A stretch of 64,000 nt of DNA, taken from the NCBI RefSeq assembly GCF_009914755.1, contig NC_060930.1; one strand, written 5' to 3'. Below the pieces are notes generated by a model. The model was not told the DNA's origin. It made no database searches and worked only from the letters and a program-made list of their open reading frames with translations. Numbering within the stretch: position 1 is the stretch's first letter; each line of letters starts with the position of its first letter. Below are positions 25,438-43,604 of this stretch, piece after piece. Position numbers and translations under genes: made by a program. Source of the DNA: the human T2T-CHM13v2.0 reference genome, Homo sapiens.

Positions 25438-28400
25438 TATGCGTGCATAAATAAATAGAATATTGATGCTTAAAAGGTTGTGCATTGTATCTTATGAAAA
25501 GCCGTTAGTTTTTAAGGGTCTTCCAAGCTTATATTTAAAGTTCTTTTATCTATTAAGACAGTTATTAATTTTATTCACATGAATAAGTGATAAACCAAAT
25601 GCCTTTATTTAAACATTATCTAAATCTAGCATCAGATTGCATAACAGAGACAGCCTTATCCCATGTGGCTGAAAGGAGAGTGGCTTAGAAGCTTTCACAA
25701 TTCCCAAACTTCATAAAGATTTGAAGGCACATGAATCAAAATAGAACCTACATGCCTAGTAAAAATTCTCATTATTAAATATTATCAGTCTGAATTAAAA
25801 GTCTGAAATTTTCCTGTTTCTTCATTATCCAATAGCAGTAGCCTCCCAGTGAGTGCAGACACTTTATTGGTTTTGACAAAATATATTTAATATTACACTC
25901 AAAATATTCAACTGCATGAATGAAATTTTTGTATTGCAAACATTCTTTTATAAAGACCACAGAAAATAAGAGGGAAATGGACATCCCATAGAAGCGCTAA
26001 GGCCAAGGACTGAGACCTTGGGCAAATCCCACTGTCAATCTATGTCCAGTCATGACTGGACAACATATGCAAGGCAGCAGCACTGGCACTGCCAATATTG
26101 ACTTTCCCATCCCATCTCTGAGAGATAATCGCCCTTTAAATCAAAACCTACAAGGTGTGAGAACTGCAGGAACTCACCATAATCTAAGAACTTGGTTCTT
26201 TTACATCCCAAGGGCATCATACATTTCCCTGAAATGACCTTTACTATTCCATGTCACTTTAACCAGTTCTCAAAAGTGAAAAAAAAAAAAACAAAAACAA
26301 AACAATTTTCAGATTAGAAGAGAAGAGGCTAAGAAGCATGTAATTCTGCTCATAATGGATTTTTACAGGCCTCACTGGAGTTAATTACTGAAAACTTGTA
26401 TATGAAGTAATTAATTTCATGCAATTTAGCACCATCTGCAGATGCATTATTTTCATTCAAAATTATATAATTGATACAAACTTAAAATTGTTAGAAATTT
26501 TGAGAAAGCCATAATGTTTGCACCTTTGTTTACATTATCCAATTCGATAAAGAAATTATGTCTTATAGAAAACCCATTCAAAAATACCAACTGAATTACC
26601 TTTAAGATAGATGTTGAGGAAAAAACAAAACACAAATTCAAACTGCTAACCTTAACTTCAGAGGTTATTTAGTCTAACTTAGATTTCTAGGCTATAATCA
26701 TGCACTCCTGCTGAAATCATACTGTACAGAGTCTTCAAAACTCTGTAGACTTACAAAGTTTTTATACAGATTGCAAAGTTTGTATTATTCCCATCCACAT
26801 TTAAGAATCCCCACCTACTGCTCCCATAACGCTGGACTGCAGAGCACAATAATCCTCCAGTTGCACATACACTCCAGGATTTGTTCCCAAGAGCCCGATA
26901 AAAAAACTAATCAAAAGAGAGTATGAAGGGGAAGTAGAGTATACTACCCTTTTTTGTGGGCTCCCTGCCTTCTCATCATTAGTTTTGCTGTCTCACCCTT
27001 TTGTGGGCCCGTCCTAATTTATTTTGGGCCTTAGGCATGTGAGTCAGTACTTTCAGCTTTTCGTGATAGGTTTGAATAGCAGGTAAACCTTGCTAGAGCA
27101 CAGCCCACTATGCCAAGATCTGAATTTATCAATCAGACACTGTGGAACAGCAGATTCTGTGATTTACACACTCAGACTATGGAATGCAATTTAAGATCAA
27201 GAACAGTGTATCATTTCCTTAATGATTATGATTCATCAGTGAGAGATCCAGGAAAATAAAACATCTGTGTTTTGGACATGGTCTCAAGATTATCCCATGG
27301 CAAAATCTTGGGGTGATGTGAGTCAAGGTGTGGGGTTCACCTAGATATGCTCCCTCTCATTCTTGGTGTAATGAGCACACATGCAATGCATTTGAAGAAT
27401 TGGAGTAGATATTTCAGGCACCAATCACGGCGAGTGTTTTCTTGTATTAAATTAGCAGCATTCACTTCTCTGACAGGGTTGAAAACATTTGCTGACAGAG
27501 ATACAGATTGTACAAAATATGTACCCTGAGAGCTCATCTTTATAACTATAAATGTAGGATTTGGTTTTTAAATTTTTTAAATGTGTTTTTTCTTTTACAT
27601 GTGTATTTCTTATCCGCTAAGATGTACTGGCCTTCACTTGCTGTGAAATGAGTTGTCAGAGAAGCAACAATATATGACTGTTACCTCTTTTTTTTTTTTT
27701 TAAACATTGCCTTAAAACTCATCACAGAAAATTATATAAGCCATGTCTTCATGGCAAGGAGAGAAAGCCACTTAAAAAATTGAATAATTAGTTTCTGAAA
27801 TAAAATCTTTGTAACAGAGATTATTTATAACATCCTCACTATTTATATGGCTACTGTCCTTGTAAACCTTTTCCAATAATTTTAATTAAATAAATCTCAC
27901 TTCTAAAAGTATAAAAGTAATAGCAGAAAAAATTCTAGGGCTTTGTCTGTAATTTAGTCCTACAGGCAAAATAAGTCATAGCAATTCTAATGTCATTTTT
28001 AGCAAAAGAAAGTCATGCAGTTTCAGACATTTATTTAACTGACATTTATGGGTAGGAAGTTTCACCTAGAAATCTTAAGAATGTGAAAACATGATAAGTC
28101 ATCCATTTCTCTTTCTTGTACAGGTAATTTGATCTTTATCTCACACCTTCACACTTCAACACTGGAATGAAGTCTTTGTACCATCTAAACTGAATGGTAG
28201 GACCGAAAAGAAACAAAGTCAGAGGCTCAGGAGGCCAATTCACAGTGAGAGCTAGATAAAATCACCCAAGACTAAATGCTGTTATTGAACTAAGTTGGAG
28301 CAATTTAACACTGATTTTGACATCAGAAGACTAAAGTTCATGCAATATTTTATCTGTTAAAGAAGAAGCTACAACCTGTGCTGAAAACAATTTGACTTTT

Positions 28401-28689
28401 TAAAATCAATGCTTTAGTGATCCATACTTTTTTAAATGTAAACTATGGCTACAATCGTTGGTTACCAACTTCTGTTAGTATGTTTTGTCCCATAGCCTTA
28501 TTTCAACACCTCAGGATAAGCTAGCAGGCCACATTTTAAAATAAAGATGTTCTCATGTGCATGTTTAAAATATTTTTGAGCTAGGTGAGAAGCTTAAAAT
28601 GTGGTTTTTAAAAGATATTCTTGTGTTTGAGGAGATTATCTCCATTTTTATGCTTAAAGATTTAAAATTGGAGTTTTATAAATATAGAA

Positions 28690-30830
28690 GTAGACTTTCT
28701 GTGGAATTAGTAAACATCTATCTTTCTCACCCTCACAGCAAAAAGATGAAAATAAATGACTAAAACATATGTAAACCCTCAAGAGTGAGTTAATAGGAGA
28801 GGAGTCAACATGAAATGTCAGGAAATTTTGGAAGATGAATTATGAGAGAACTTCAGTGGAAGAGCACAGGGAGGTGAAAATCAAGTGCCTGAAGAAAGAG
28901 GCACACCAGTGACCATTCGGAACCTACAAAAGGCAAAGTTGATGGGAATGTTAGATACCACAGGGGAGAGTAAGATACAGAGGTAAAAGGAGCAGAAATA
29001 ATCTCAAAGGGTTCCCAGTTCTCTGCCTGATCCCACTAACCAGGTAGTCACTTCTTCTCTGTACAAAGGAGACCTGGTAGGTTCTTCTTGGATGAATTGA
29101 AAATAGGTGACAGCCTCGGATACTAAGCGTAGCTGAGACAGTTGCAAGGCTCAGGCCTAAAAACACAAGTTATCAATGGATAACTACATACTTAATGCTG
29201 AGACCCTACCACCTTCCCTAGCCAGACTGACCCTAAAACAGAAGAATGGAGAAGCACTTTCTGAAGAAACCAAAAAATCCCAGAGAAAGAAACATAGATA
29301 CTGACATTAGATAATTTCCAATAGGATAAAATTTGTCAAATTTCGCTAACATCACTTTCATGAAGGTCCTAGTACACAGCTTTTCCCATGCACACAATCT
29401 CCATCTGGCTTCTCGGTGCTCACTCACAGACACCCAAATATAACAAACATTTGAGGAAAAAGCCTGAGTGAGACAGACACAAAAATTAACAAAAAATGCG
29501 GAAATATGAGACAATTGAAACAATAGAGTGAACAGGAGAAATTTGTCAAAAATTTAAATTAACTTCCCAAAATATTAAATATTACATCTATGCAGCAAAA
29601 ATGGGATGTTATTCAAAATGAAATGTTTTTTAAATAGATGAAATACATTTAAAACTCATTAGAAGGATTAGAAGACAAAGGCTTAGACCATTTTGAGAAA
29701 ATCTCACAAAAAAGCAGAATAAAAACAAAGAAATGGAAAACAAAACAGAAACAAAAGCCTGCAAGAATGAAGAGAATTTTTCAAGAGATTTAACAGTTGC
29801 CTAACAGGAGTTCCTGAAAGAAAATACATTGTCAGAAATATAGAAAAATGATCAAAAAATTATACAAGAAATTACCCTGTGCTAAAATCCTTTAGCAATG
29901 TCTACAAATTGAAAAGACATTTTTAGCATCAGTAGAAAAAAACTGATATCACAGCCTATTCTGAAATTTCACAGCACTAGGGATAAAGAAAACTCTGACA
30001 GGAAATGGTATTTAGCCCAAATTTTTACAGACAAACTGTTAATCAAATGCAAAGATAAAATAAAAATACTTTTGGGCATGAACTACCTCTAAACAGTTAC
30101 CTCCTCACCTTTTCAATGGAAGCTACTGGAAATCTAGAGATAAAACCAAGAAAGAGTTATAATGGAATCCAGAAAACTAGGGACTCAATATAAGAGCAAG
30201 GCAAAGGGAATTCCCAAGAACATGAAAAGCCAAGCAAAGGTGTAAAACAGGTATAGAGAGCAACTGGTCTAGACCAGTACAGAAAGAATCCGGGAGCATG
30301 GCCTAATGAACAACTCTGACTGATAATTGGCTAAACCCCATAGAAAACTGTATTACAGATGCTAATGGAAAATGTACAAATAAAATTAAAATTGAGTACA
30401 CAAAAAATAGGAATGCAAAAAGGAGGTAAATGCCCAGAAAAAAGTATGTAAAGAATAATATTTAATAAAAATAATATGTTTGGCTCAGCAGTTAACAATA
30501 TTTACATAGTCCCAATCAACAGTGCAAAAATTCAATTAATCAAAAATCAAGATACTAGGGAAAGATGCAAAGGCATTATAATAATACAAAGAAACAAAAT
30601 CCTCAAGTTGCACACTGGAAGACAGCAAACAATGTATAGAATGGAGATATTTGAAATTAGAGCATTAGTATATGACTTAGAAATGTGAATATTCAAAGTG
30701 GCCCCCACTAGGAAAACCCACCACTCCTGATCACCCCCCGCCGACAAAATGAGGAAATGGTTTTGGTTTTAAGCTTTTTTGTGTCATTTAGCTTTTGAAA
30801 ACATATGCATGAATACTGTTAAAAAATAAG
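28690..30830 (+). mobile_element. HAL1 (half-L1) element, degraded
   Basis: A-rich ORF1-like stretch (aacaggagttcctgaaag) with no ORF2, followed by the HAL1-type 3' motif tttggctcagcagttaacaatatttacatagtc. Confidence 0.6.
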
Positions 30831-31749
30831 TAGCATTTAGAAATAAGGATAATTCCAACTATACCTATTTTACTTTACTAAAAATATAACTCAATTTGTA
30901 TGCTAGCAATATTAACAAAATTATCAATATTATTATAAAAAAGTAGACCATTTTTCAAGAGTGCTTGTGAAAACTTATGAAATATTTAAATATACTCACT
31001 AACAAGGCAGGAAATCTAATGTTTTTGTTGAAAGTATATTGAGAGAAGTATAAACCGTATTTTCATATTTACAATATACTGTTTAAAAGAGGGAACATTT
31101 TGCAATTATAAAGTTAAATATGTATGCCATTTAGAGAAGCCTGAATTCAGCTCCAAGGCTTCCAAATAAGAAATAAATAATGTACCCAATAAATTAACAA
31201 AATATTTCCTCAACATTATTATGTTTACCAAAGAATAGAAACAAATACAAAGAAGTAAAAGAAGAAATATTCTCACTTAACAATTCTCACATTGTCACAG
31301 GGAGAAAATAAACATTGTTTTCTGATTTTGATAATTTTTCATCACAGTGGATTATCTCCCGGATGTGAAATTAATTATGCTCTTCTTGTAAAGTCACTTT
31401 CATAATTATTTTAAAATGGTCTAAATAGACTAAGGTAATGAAAGTAGACATATTCATGTATTCCATTCATTCTCATAAAGGGTGATCCTCAGAATACAAA
31501 AGAATATGATGGATAAATCCTTAAGCTTCCATATATCTACTTTTAGGCATATTACAAATAAATTAAGATAAAACAACCCACATTCCATCTCATTAAAACT
31601 TGGCAAATCTTTGGATCTGCTTAGAGACACTGAATGTATATAGAAGAATAACTATTATTATTTATGCTTATAAAATGTTTGTTTACATTGTTTTTCTGCC
31701 TTTCTATAACCATCCTGTTGTCTTGGTGACACTGGTACTATTCCAAAAG

Positions 31750-31838
31750 GTTTTGCCCAACTCATGTAACTAATAAAGCAGAATTAAGACTCAAACCCAG
31801 GTCTTCTGACTATGATATGATATTCTTCCTACTACTTT
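31750..31838 (+). mobile_element. MIR fragment
   Basis: ttgcccaactcatgtaactaataaagcagaattaagactcaaacccaggtcttctgact (MIR core). Confidence 0.6.
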
Positions 31839-31943
31839 CTCTGAACGTTTGGATTTAGGAAGGACACCTGTTTCTAATTGAATAGTCATATACTTAATAT
31901 TTTTAATGAATATCTCTCCTTTTTACTAGTTAATATTACCCAC

Positions 31944-36469
<4,526 letters not shown>

Positions 36470-37283
36470 TCATCCAGTTATATTGAAAACATTTACATAA
36501 TATGTAAATAGAGATTCCTGACAACTTACAGTCCTCGGCACTTTTGTTTAAAAATTAAAGTCTAAATATGAAAAAACCCTCCAATAACCCCTTTTTCAAC
36601 TAAAGTTATTACCTTCCAGTGTTTTTGCCACATAGTGGCAAGATTAAGAACCACATGTATATAAGTATTTTCCAACACCTAGTGAATATTTTGTATAGCA
36701 AATCAAAGCTAGTTGAGTTTCTTCTGGTTTGTGTGTTTCTTTAAAGTCTTGCTGAATCAAGCAAGAGGGAGCAAAATAAAAGTTAGCTGATTTGCTACAT
36801 TACATAATAAGTTAAACAGCTCTTCTAATTGAATGAGATTTTACACTGTGATTTTAAAAATGTGATTGCTGTATAAGTTGATCCTCAGCCATTTACTGTC
36901 AAATGTATACTGCTACAATATGTCTTATTGGAGCTTTTGTAGTTAATCAGTTCATTTGATTCAAACATGTTGTTGATAGGCTTGAGGTAATACTTTTGAT
37001 TCCCTTATCATCCAGTTAACTCCATTCCATTTATGCCTACAGACTACATCACTAACTATAGCCAGCTACCTCAGGATCCTGAACTATTGGTTACAAGGTA
37101 ATGATGTGAAAATTAAACTAACTTAATACATCTCTTCTAAAGAAAAGAAAAGAAGATGTCCTATATTTGTGTTGCTTATTTTCATATATGAAGGAGAGCA
37201 TATATACATATTTTTAAATATTCCTAATATTAAATTGAAAAATTTTCCTTCTTTACTCATATCACCAGTAATTTCATAGGACA

Positions 37284-37775
37284 CTTTATCAGTCAGGACC
37301 CAACCAGAAAAAGACAAGCCACTATTAGTATTTAAAACAGAAAAAATTTGGTACCAGGAATTGGTACACAGATGATAGAGTTGCTCAGAAGCTACCCAGG
37401 AGTAGTGAAGCAATCCACAGATTAGCAATTGAAGAAAGATGGAAACATTTCTAAATTGGTGATGAAAAGAAACTGGGGGTATTAACAGAGGCCGGGGCCA
37501 GAGTCACCTGGTGGAAGCTGGGAGCACAATGGGCCTGTCTGGGGAAGGCAGAGCCAAAGAAGAGATGTAGCTAGTATAGATGATGCTACTTGAGACAGAC
37601 AGAAAGGGCAGGAAACACCCTAGCTTCTCCCTTCTTCCTGCCCTCTTATTTCAAGTGTTTCTCTCATTGTCCAGAGTTGGAAACCAGTGACAGGAAAGGG
37701 TGGAAAGCATAGTTTATGGGAATCAGCTCCATGAGCTAGAACAGAGGAAGAAATTGATTAAAGGGCAAATGGGTC
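37284..37775 (-). mobile_element. ERVL LTR (LTR41/LTR33-like)
   Basis: tatcagtcaggacccaaccag...gaagctgggagcacaatgggcctgtctgg...ccctagcttctcccttcttcctgccctc. Confidence 0.6.
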
Positions 37776-37804
37776 AAGGATTGGATCGGACATTCAATGT
37801 GTTG

Positions 37805-38364
37805 GGAAACAGGAAGAAAGACATACAAATTTATTACCATGCACATGTGTTCACAGGAGTCATACAAAGTATAAAAAAAGAAAGGCAAGATAGTTGATGC
37901 ACAAATATCCTTTTTATTGGAGATATGGGGAATGGGGGTTGTAGGAGTAAATGATTTTCAGGGGAAATCAATGAGCCCAAAGAACAATGAAGTGGGGCCA
38001 AGTTTCTCTGAACCCTGAGGGAGGTGGCATTATAGATTATAGAGGAGTGAAGGAAGGAAAGTATTTCAAGCAAAGGCTGTTCTGTTCTGCAGATGAAAAT
38101 ATCTCAGGAAATGTTGGAGCTTCCCCCTGAAAACATAGATGGGAGCCTATGATTGAGTTAATCTTTCCTAGATACAGACAAGAAGATGGGTTCAGAGAAA
38201 GCCTGAGTGTTTTATGTTATCAATGCAATTTTTTCTACAGGTGCAAATCTCCTCTACAATAGGCAGCTTTGTAGGGTTATTCCTGTCTGCAGGCCCTCTG
38301 AGTAGCCATCTAAAACTATGTCAGGTAAGTATATCAGGGGGTGAAATGTTTCTGATTTCCTTTA
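37805..38364 (-). mobile_element. MER34-family solo LTR (MER34A/B-like)
   Basis: Reverse complement starts TAAAGGAAATCAGAAACATTTCACCCC...GATGGCTACTCAGAGGGCCTGCAGAC...GGAGATTTGCACCTGTAGA; homologous to the LTRs at 31944 and 35842. Confidence 0.75.
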
Positions 38365-38929
38365 AATGCAAGTATCTGCAGGCATACCTCATTTTACTGT
38401 GCTTAGCTTTATTGCAATTTGCAAATATTGTGCTTTTCACAATTAAAGGTTTGTAACAACCCTGCATCAAGCAAGTCTACTGGTGTGAATTTTCCAACAG
38501 CATGTGCTCCCTTTGTGTCTCTGTGTCACATTTTGGTAATTCTCATAATATTTCCAACTTTTCCATTATTATTTTATCTGTTATGGTGCTCTGTGATCAG
38601 TGATCTTTTATGTTACTATTGTAATGGTTTTGGAGTGCCAGAAACCATACCTATGTAAGATGGTGAACTTAACTGATAAACGTTGTGTGTGTTCTGGCTC
38701 CTCCACAGACTGGCGCTTCCCCTCACTCTCTTCCTCTTTTTGAACCGTTTTATTCCTTGAGATATTAGACCAGTTAATAACCTTACAATGGCCTCTAAGT
38801 GTTCAAGTGTTCTTTCACTTTAAATCAAAAGCTAGGTGCAAAAAGGATGCTGCAAAAGTAATGTTGCAAAAGTAATTGCAGTTTTGGACTGTGAATTTTA
38901 AATCATTATAACTAGGCTCAAACACATCT

Positions 38930-39968
38930 TTATTAATGAAAATAGGAACCGTTACATTCAACACATTTTTGCCAATGAGAAATAAGTTTGTTTATTCCTG
39001 TAGCATAAAAATCTGTGCTTTGGGATTCGATGAAGTCTTGGAAAGCATTTTCTGCATCCTACTCATTGTGGAAGTGTTTTCCCTGCAAACTGCAAAAAAT
39101 CATCAAGATGCTTGAAGAAGTGGTAGTCAGTTGGCAAGAAGTTAGGAGAATATAACGGATGAGGCAAAAGCTGGTGGCCCAATTCATTCAACTCTTGAAG
39201 AGTTGGTTGTGTGATATGCAGCTGGGTGTTGCAGAGAAGAATTGTGCTCTTTCTGTTGACCAATGCCGGCTGCAGGCATTGCAGTTTTCGATGCATCTCA
39301 TCGATTTGCTGAGTATACTTCTCAGATGAAATGATTTTGCCAGGATTCGGAAAGCTGCAGTGGATCAGACCAGCAGCAGACCACGAAACAGTGACCATGA
39401 ACTCTTTTTGGTGCAAGTTTGGCCTTGGGAAGTGCTTTGGAGCTTCTTCTCAGTCGAGATACTGAGCTGGTCATCACCAGTTGTCATGTATAATCAACTT
39501 TTCATTTCACTTCACAATCCAGACATGAAATGATTCGTTGTTATTGCATAACATAAGACAAGGTGACACTTCAAAATGACAATTTGTTTTTATTTTCAGT
39601 CAGCTCATGAGGCACCTACTTATTGAGCTTTTTCACCTTTCCAATTTGCTTCAAATGCCAAACAACTGTAGAATGGTTGATACTGAGTTCTTCAGCAATT
39701 TCTCATATAGTCATAAGAGGATCAGTTTGGATAATTGCTCTCAATTGGTCGTTTTCAACTTCCCATGGCTGGCCACTATCTCCTCATCTTCAAGGCTCTC
39801 ATATCCTTTGCAAAGCTTCTTGAACCACCAATGCACTGTATATTCTTCAGCAGTTTCTGCACCAAATGCATTGCTGACATTGAGAGTTGTCTCCACTGCT
39901 TTATGACCCATTTTGAACTCAAATAAGAAAATCTCTCTAATTTGCTTTTTGTTTAACATCATTTCCAT
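38930..39968 (-). pseudogene. Hsmar1 transposase, frameshifted
   Basis: ORF pieces 39741-39968 (HTH region) and 39063-39416 (YSPDL-like catalytic region). Confidence 0.88.
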
Positions 39969-40057
39969 AGTCTAAAATAAATATAAAATAAGCAGTAAGT
40001 AATAAGTCATTAGCAAAATAGTAAAGCAAGAAATGCACATTAAAATGATATATAACA

Positions 40058-40369
<312 letters not shown>

Positions 40370-41444
40370 AAAATGATATATAACAACAACATTTATTAAG
40401 AATTTATTCCAATATCAAACAGCAAATTCCAACAATGCAAAAACAACAATTACTTATGCGCCAACCTAAATGATCAAGCTTAGTGAGGAAAGCATATTGA
40501 AAGCTGACATAGGCTGAAACCTGGGACTCTTACATCAAACACTTAGCCAAGTTTGGAATGCAAATGAAAAAAGCTTGAAGGAAATTTAAAGTGCTACTCC
40601 AGTGAACACAAGAATGGTAAGAAAGTAAAACAGCCTTATTACTGATATTGAGGAAGTTTGCATGATATGGATAGATCAGACCAACCACACTATTTCCTTA
40701 AGCCAAAGCCTAATCCGTAGCAAGACTCTAACTCTGTGCAGTTCTGTGGAGGTGAGTAAACTGCAGAAGAAAAGTTTAAAGTTAGTACAGGTTAGTTCAT
40801 GAGGTTGAAGGAAAGAAGGCATCTCCATAACATAAAAATGCAAGATGAAGCAGCAAATGCTGATGTAGAAGCTGCAGCAAGTTACCCAGAAGATCTTGCT
40901 AAGATCATTGATGAAGGTGGCTACAGCAAACAACATATCTTCAAGTAGATAAAATAGGCTTTTATTGGATGAAGCTTCCATCTAAAACTTTCATAGAGAG
41001 GTTTAATTCAATGCCTGGTTTCAAAGGTTCAAAACGCAGGCTGACTCTCTTGTTGGGGGCTAATAACGCAGCTGGTGACCTTAAGTGGAAGCCAATGCTC
41101 ATTTACCATTCTAAAAATCCTAGGGGCCTTAAGAATTATGCTAAATCCACTCTACAAATGCTCTATGAATGGAACTACAAAGACTGGATGACAAAACATC
41201 TGTTGACAGCATGGTTTGCTGAATATTTTAAGCCCAATGTTGATACATACTGATCAGAAAAAAATTTTTTTTCAAAGTGTTACTGCTCATTGGCAATGCA
41301 TCTGTTCACCTAAGAGCGCTGTTTGAGATACACAAGGAGATTAATGTTCTTCTCATCCCTGCTAACATAACATCCATTCTGCAGCCCATGGATCAAGGGA
41401 TAATTTTAGCTTTCTTGTTTCATTATTTAAGAAATACATTTTGA

Positions 41445-41802
<358 letters not shown>

Positions 41803-42517
41803 TCAGGAGGCTAAGGTGGGAGGACTGCTTGAGGCTATAAGAATGAGACCATCCTGAGCAACATAGTGAGACTTTGTCTCTAACCAAATAAAGAAAAGAA
41901 GAGAAAAAGCCAGAGCTCAGCAAGGCTGCTGTAGACAGACTGCCAGATTTTTCCTCTCTGGACAGGGAATCTCTGAAAAAAAGGCAGCAGCCCCAGTCAG
42001 AGACTTATAGATAGACCGCCCCATCTCCCTGGGACAGAGCACCTGGGGGAAGGGACGGCTGTGGGCGCAGCTTCAGCAGAATTAAATGTCCCTGCCTGAT
42101 GGCTCTGAAGAGAGCAGCGGACCTCCCAGTACAGTGCTCGATCTCTGCTAAGGGTCAGACTGCCTCCTCAAGTGGGTCCCTGACCCCCGTGTATCCAAAC
42201 TGGGAGATACCTCCCAGTAGGTACCGACAGACACCTCATACAGGAGAGCTCTGGCTGGCATCTGGCAGGTGCGCCTCTGGGACAAAGCTTTCAGAGGAAA
42301 GAACAGGCAGCAATCTTTGCTGTTCTGCAGCCTCCGCTGGTGATACCCAGGCCAACAGGGTCTGGAGTGGACCTCCAGCAAGCTCCAGCAGACCTGCAGC
42401 AGACAGACCTGACTGTCAGAAGGAAAACTAACAAACAGAAAGGAATAGCACGTCCACTCAAAGACCCCATCCGAAGGTCACCAACATCAAAGGCCAAAGG
42501 TAGGCAAATCCACAAAA

Positions 42518-43541
42518 ATGGGAAGAAACCAGCGCAAAAAGGCTGAAAATTCTGAAAACTAGAATGCCTCATCTCCTCCAAAGGATCACAACTCCTCACC
42601 AGCAATGGAATAAAACTGGACAGAGAATGAGTTTGAAAATTGACAGAAGTAAGCTTCAGAAGGTGGGTAATAACAAACACCTTCAAGCTAAAGAAGCATG
42701 TTCTAACCCAATGCAAGGAAGCTAAGAACCTTGAAAAAAGGTTAGATGAATTGGTAACTAGAATAACCAGTTTAGAGAAGAACATAAATGACCTGATGGA
42801 GTGAAAAAACACAGCATAAGAACTTCGTGAAGCATACACAAGTACCAATAGCTGAATTGATCAAGTGGAAGAAAGGATATCAGTGATTGAAGATCAACTT
42901 AATGAAATAACGTGAGAAGACAAGATTAGAGAAAAAAGAATAAAAAGTACGAACAAAACCTACAAGAAATATGGGACTGTGTGAAAAAACCAAATCTACG
43001 TTTGATTGGTGTTCCTGAAAGTGATGGGTATAATGGAACCAAGTTGGAAAACACTCTGCAGGATATTATCCAGGACAACTTCCCCAACCTAGCAAGACAG
43101 GCCAACATTCAAATTCAGGAAATACAGAGAACACCACAAAGATACTCCTTGAGAAGAACAACTCCAAACCACATAATCTTCAGATTCACCAAGGTTGAAA
43201 TGAAAGAAAAAATGTTAAGGGCAGCTAGAGAGAAAGGTCGGGTTACCCAAAAAGGGAAGCCCATCAGATTAACAGCGAATCTCTCTGAAGAAACCCTACA
43301 GGCCAGAAGAGAGTTGGGGCCAATATTCAACATTTTTAAAGAAAAGAATTTGCAACCCAGAATTTCATATCCAGCCAAACTAAGCTTCATAAGCAAAGGA
43401 GAATTAAAATCCTTCACAGAAAAGCAAATGCTGAGAGATTTTGTCACCACCAGGCCTGCCTTACAAGAGCTCCTGAAAGAAGCACTAAACATGGAAAGGA
43501 ACAACCAGTACCAGCCGCTGCAAAAACATAACAAATTGTAA
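42518..43541 (+). pseudogene. L1 ORF1p, disrupted
   Basis: KKPNLRLIGVPESDG...RAAREKGRVT...YPAKLSF; in-frame stops upstream. Confidence 0.9.
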
Positions 43542-43604
43542 AGAATATCGACACTATGAAGAAACTGCATCAACCAGCAGGCAAAACAAACAGCTAGCAT
43601 CGTA

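Noticed and set aside
27337-27537. Overlapping 60-aa and 66-aa ORFs as a possible exon
   Set aside because: No recognisable protein similarity and no convincing splice-site pair.
38930-39968. SETMAR exon or active mariner transposase
   Set aside because: Frameshifted, nested in Tigger1, and no SET-domain exons in the window.
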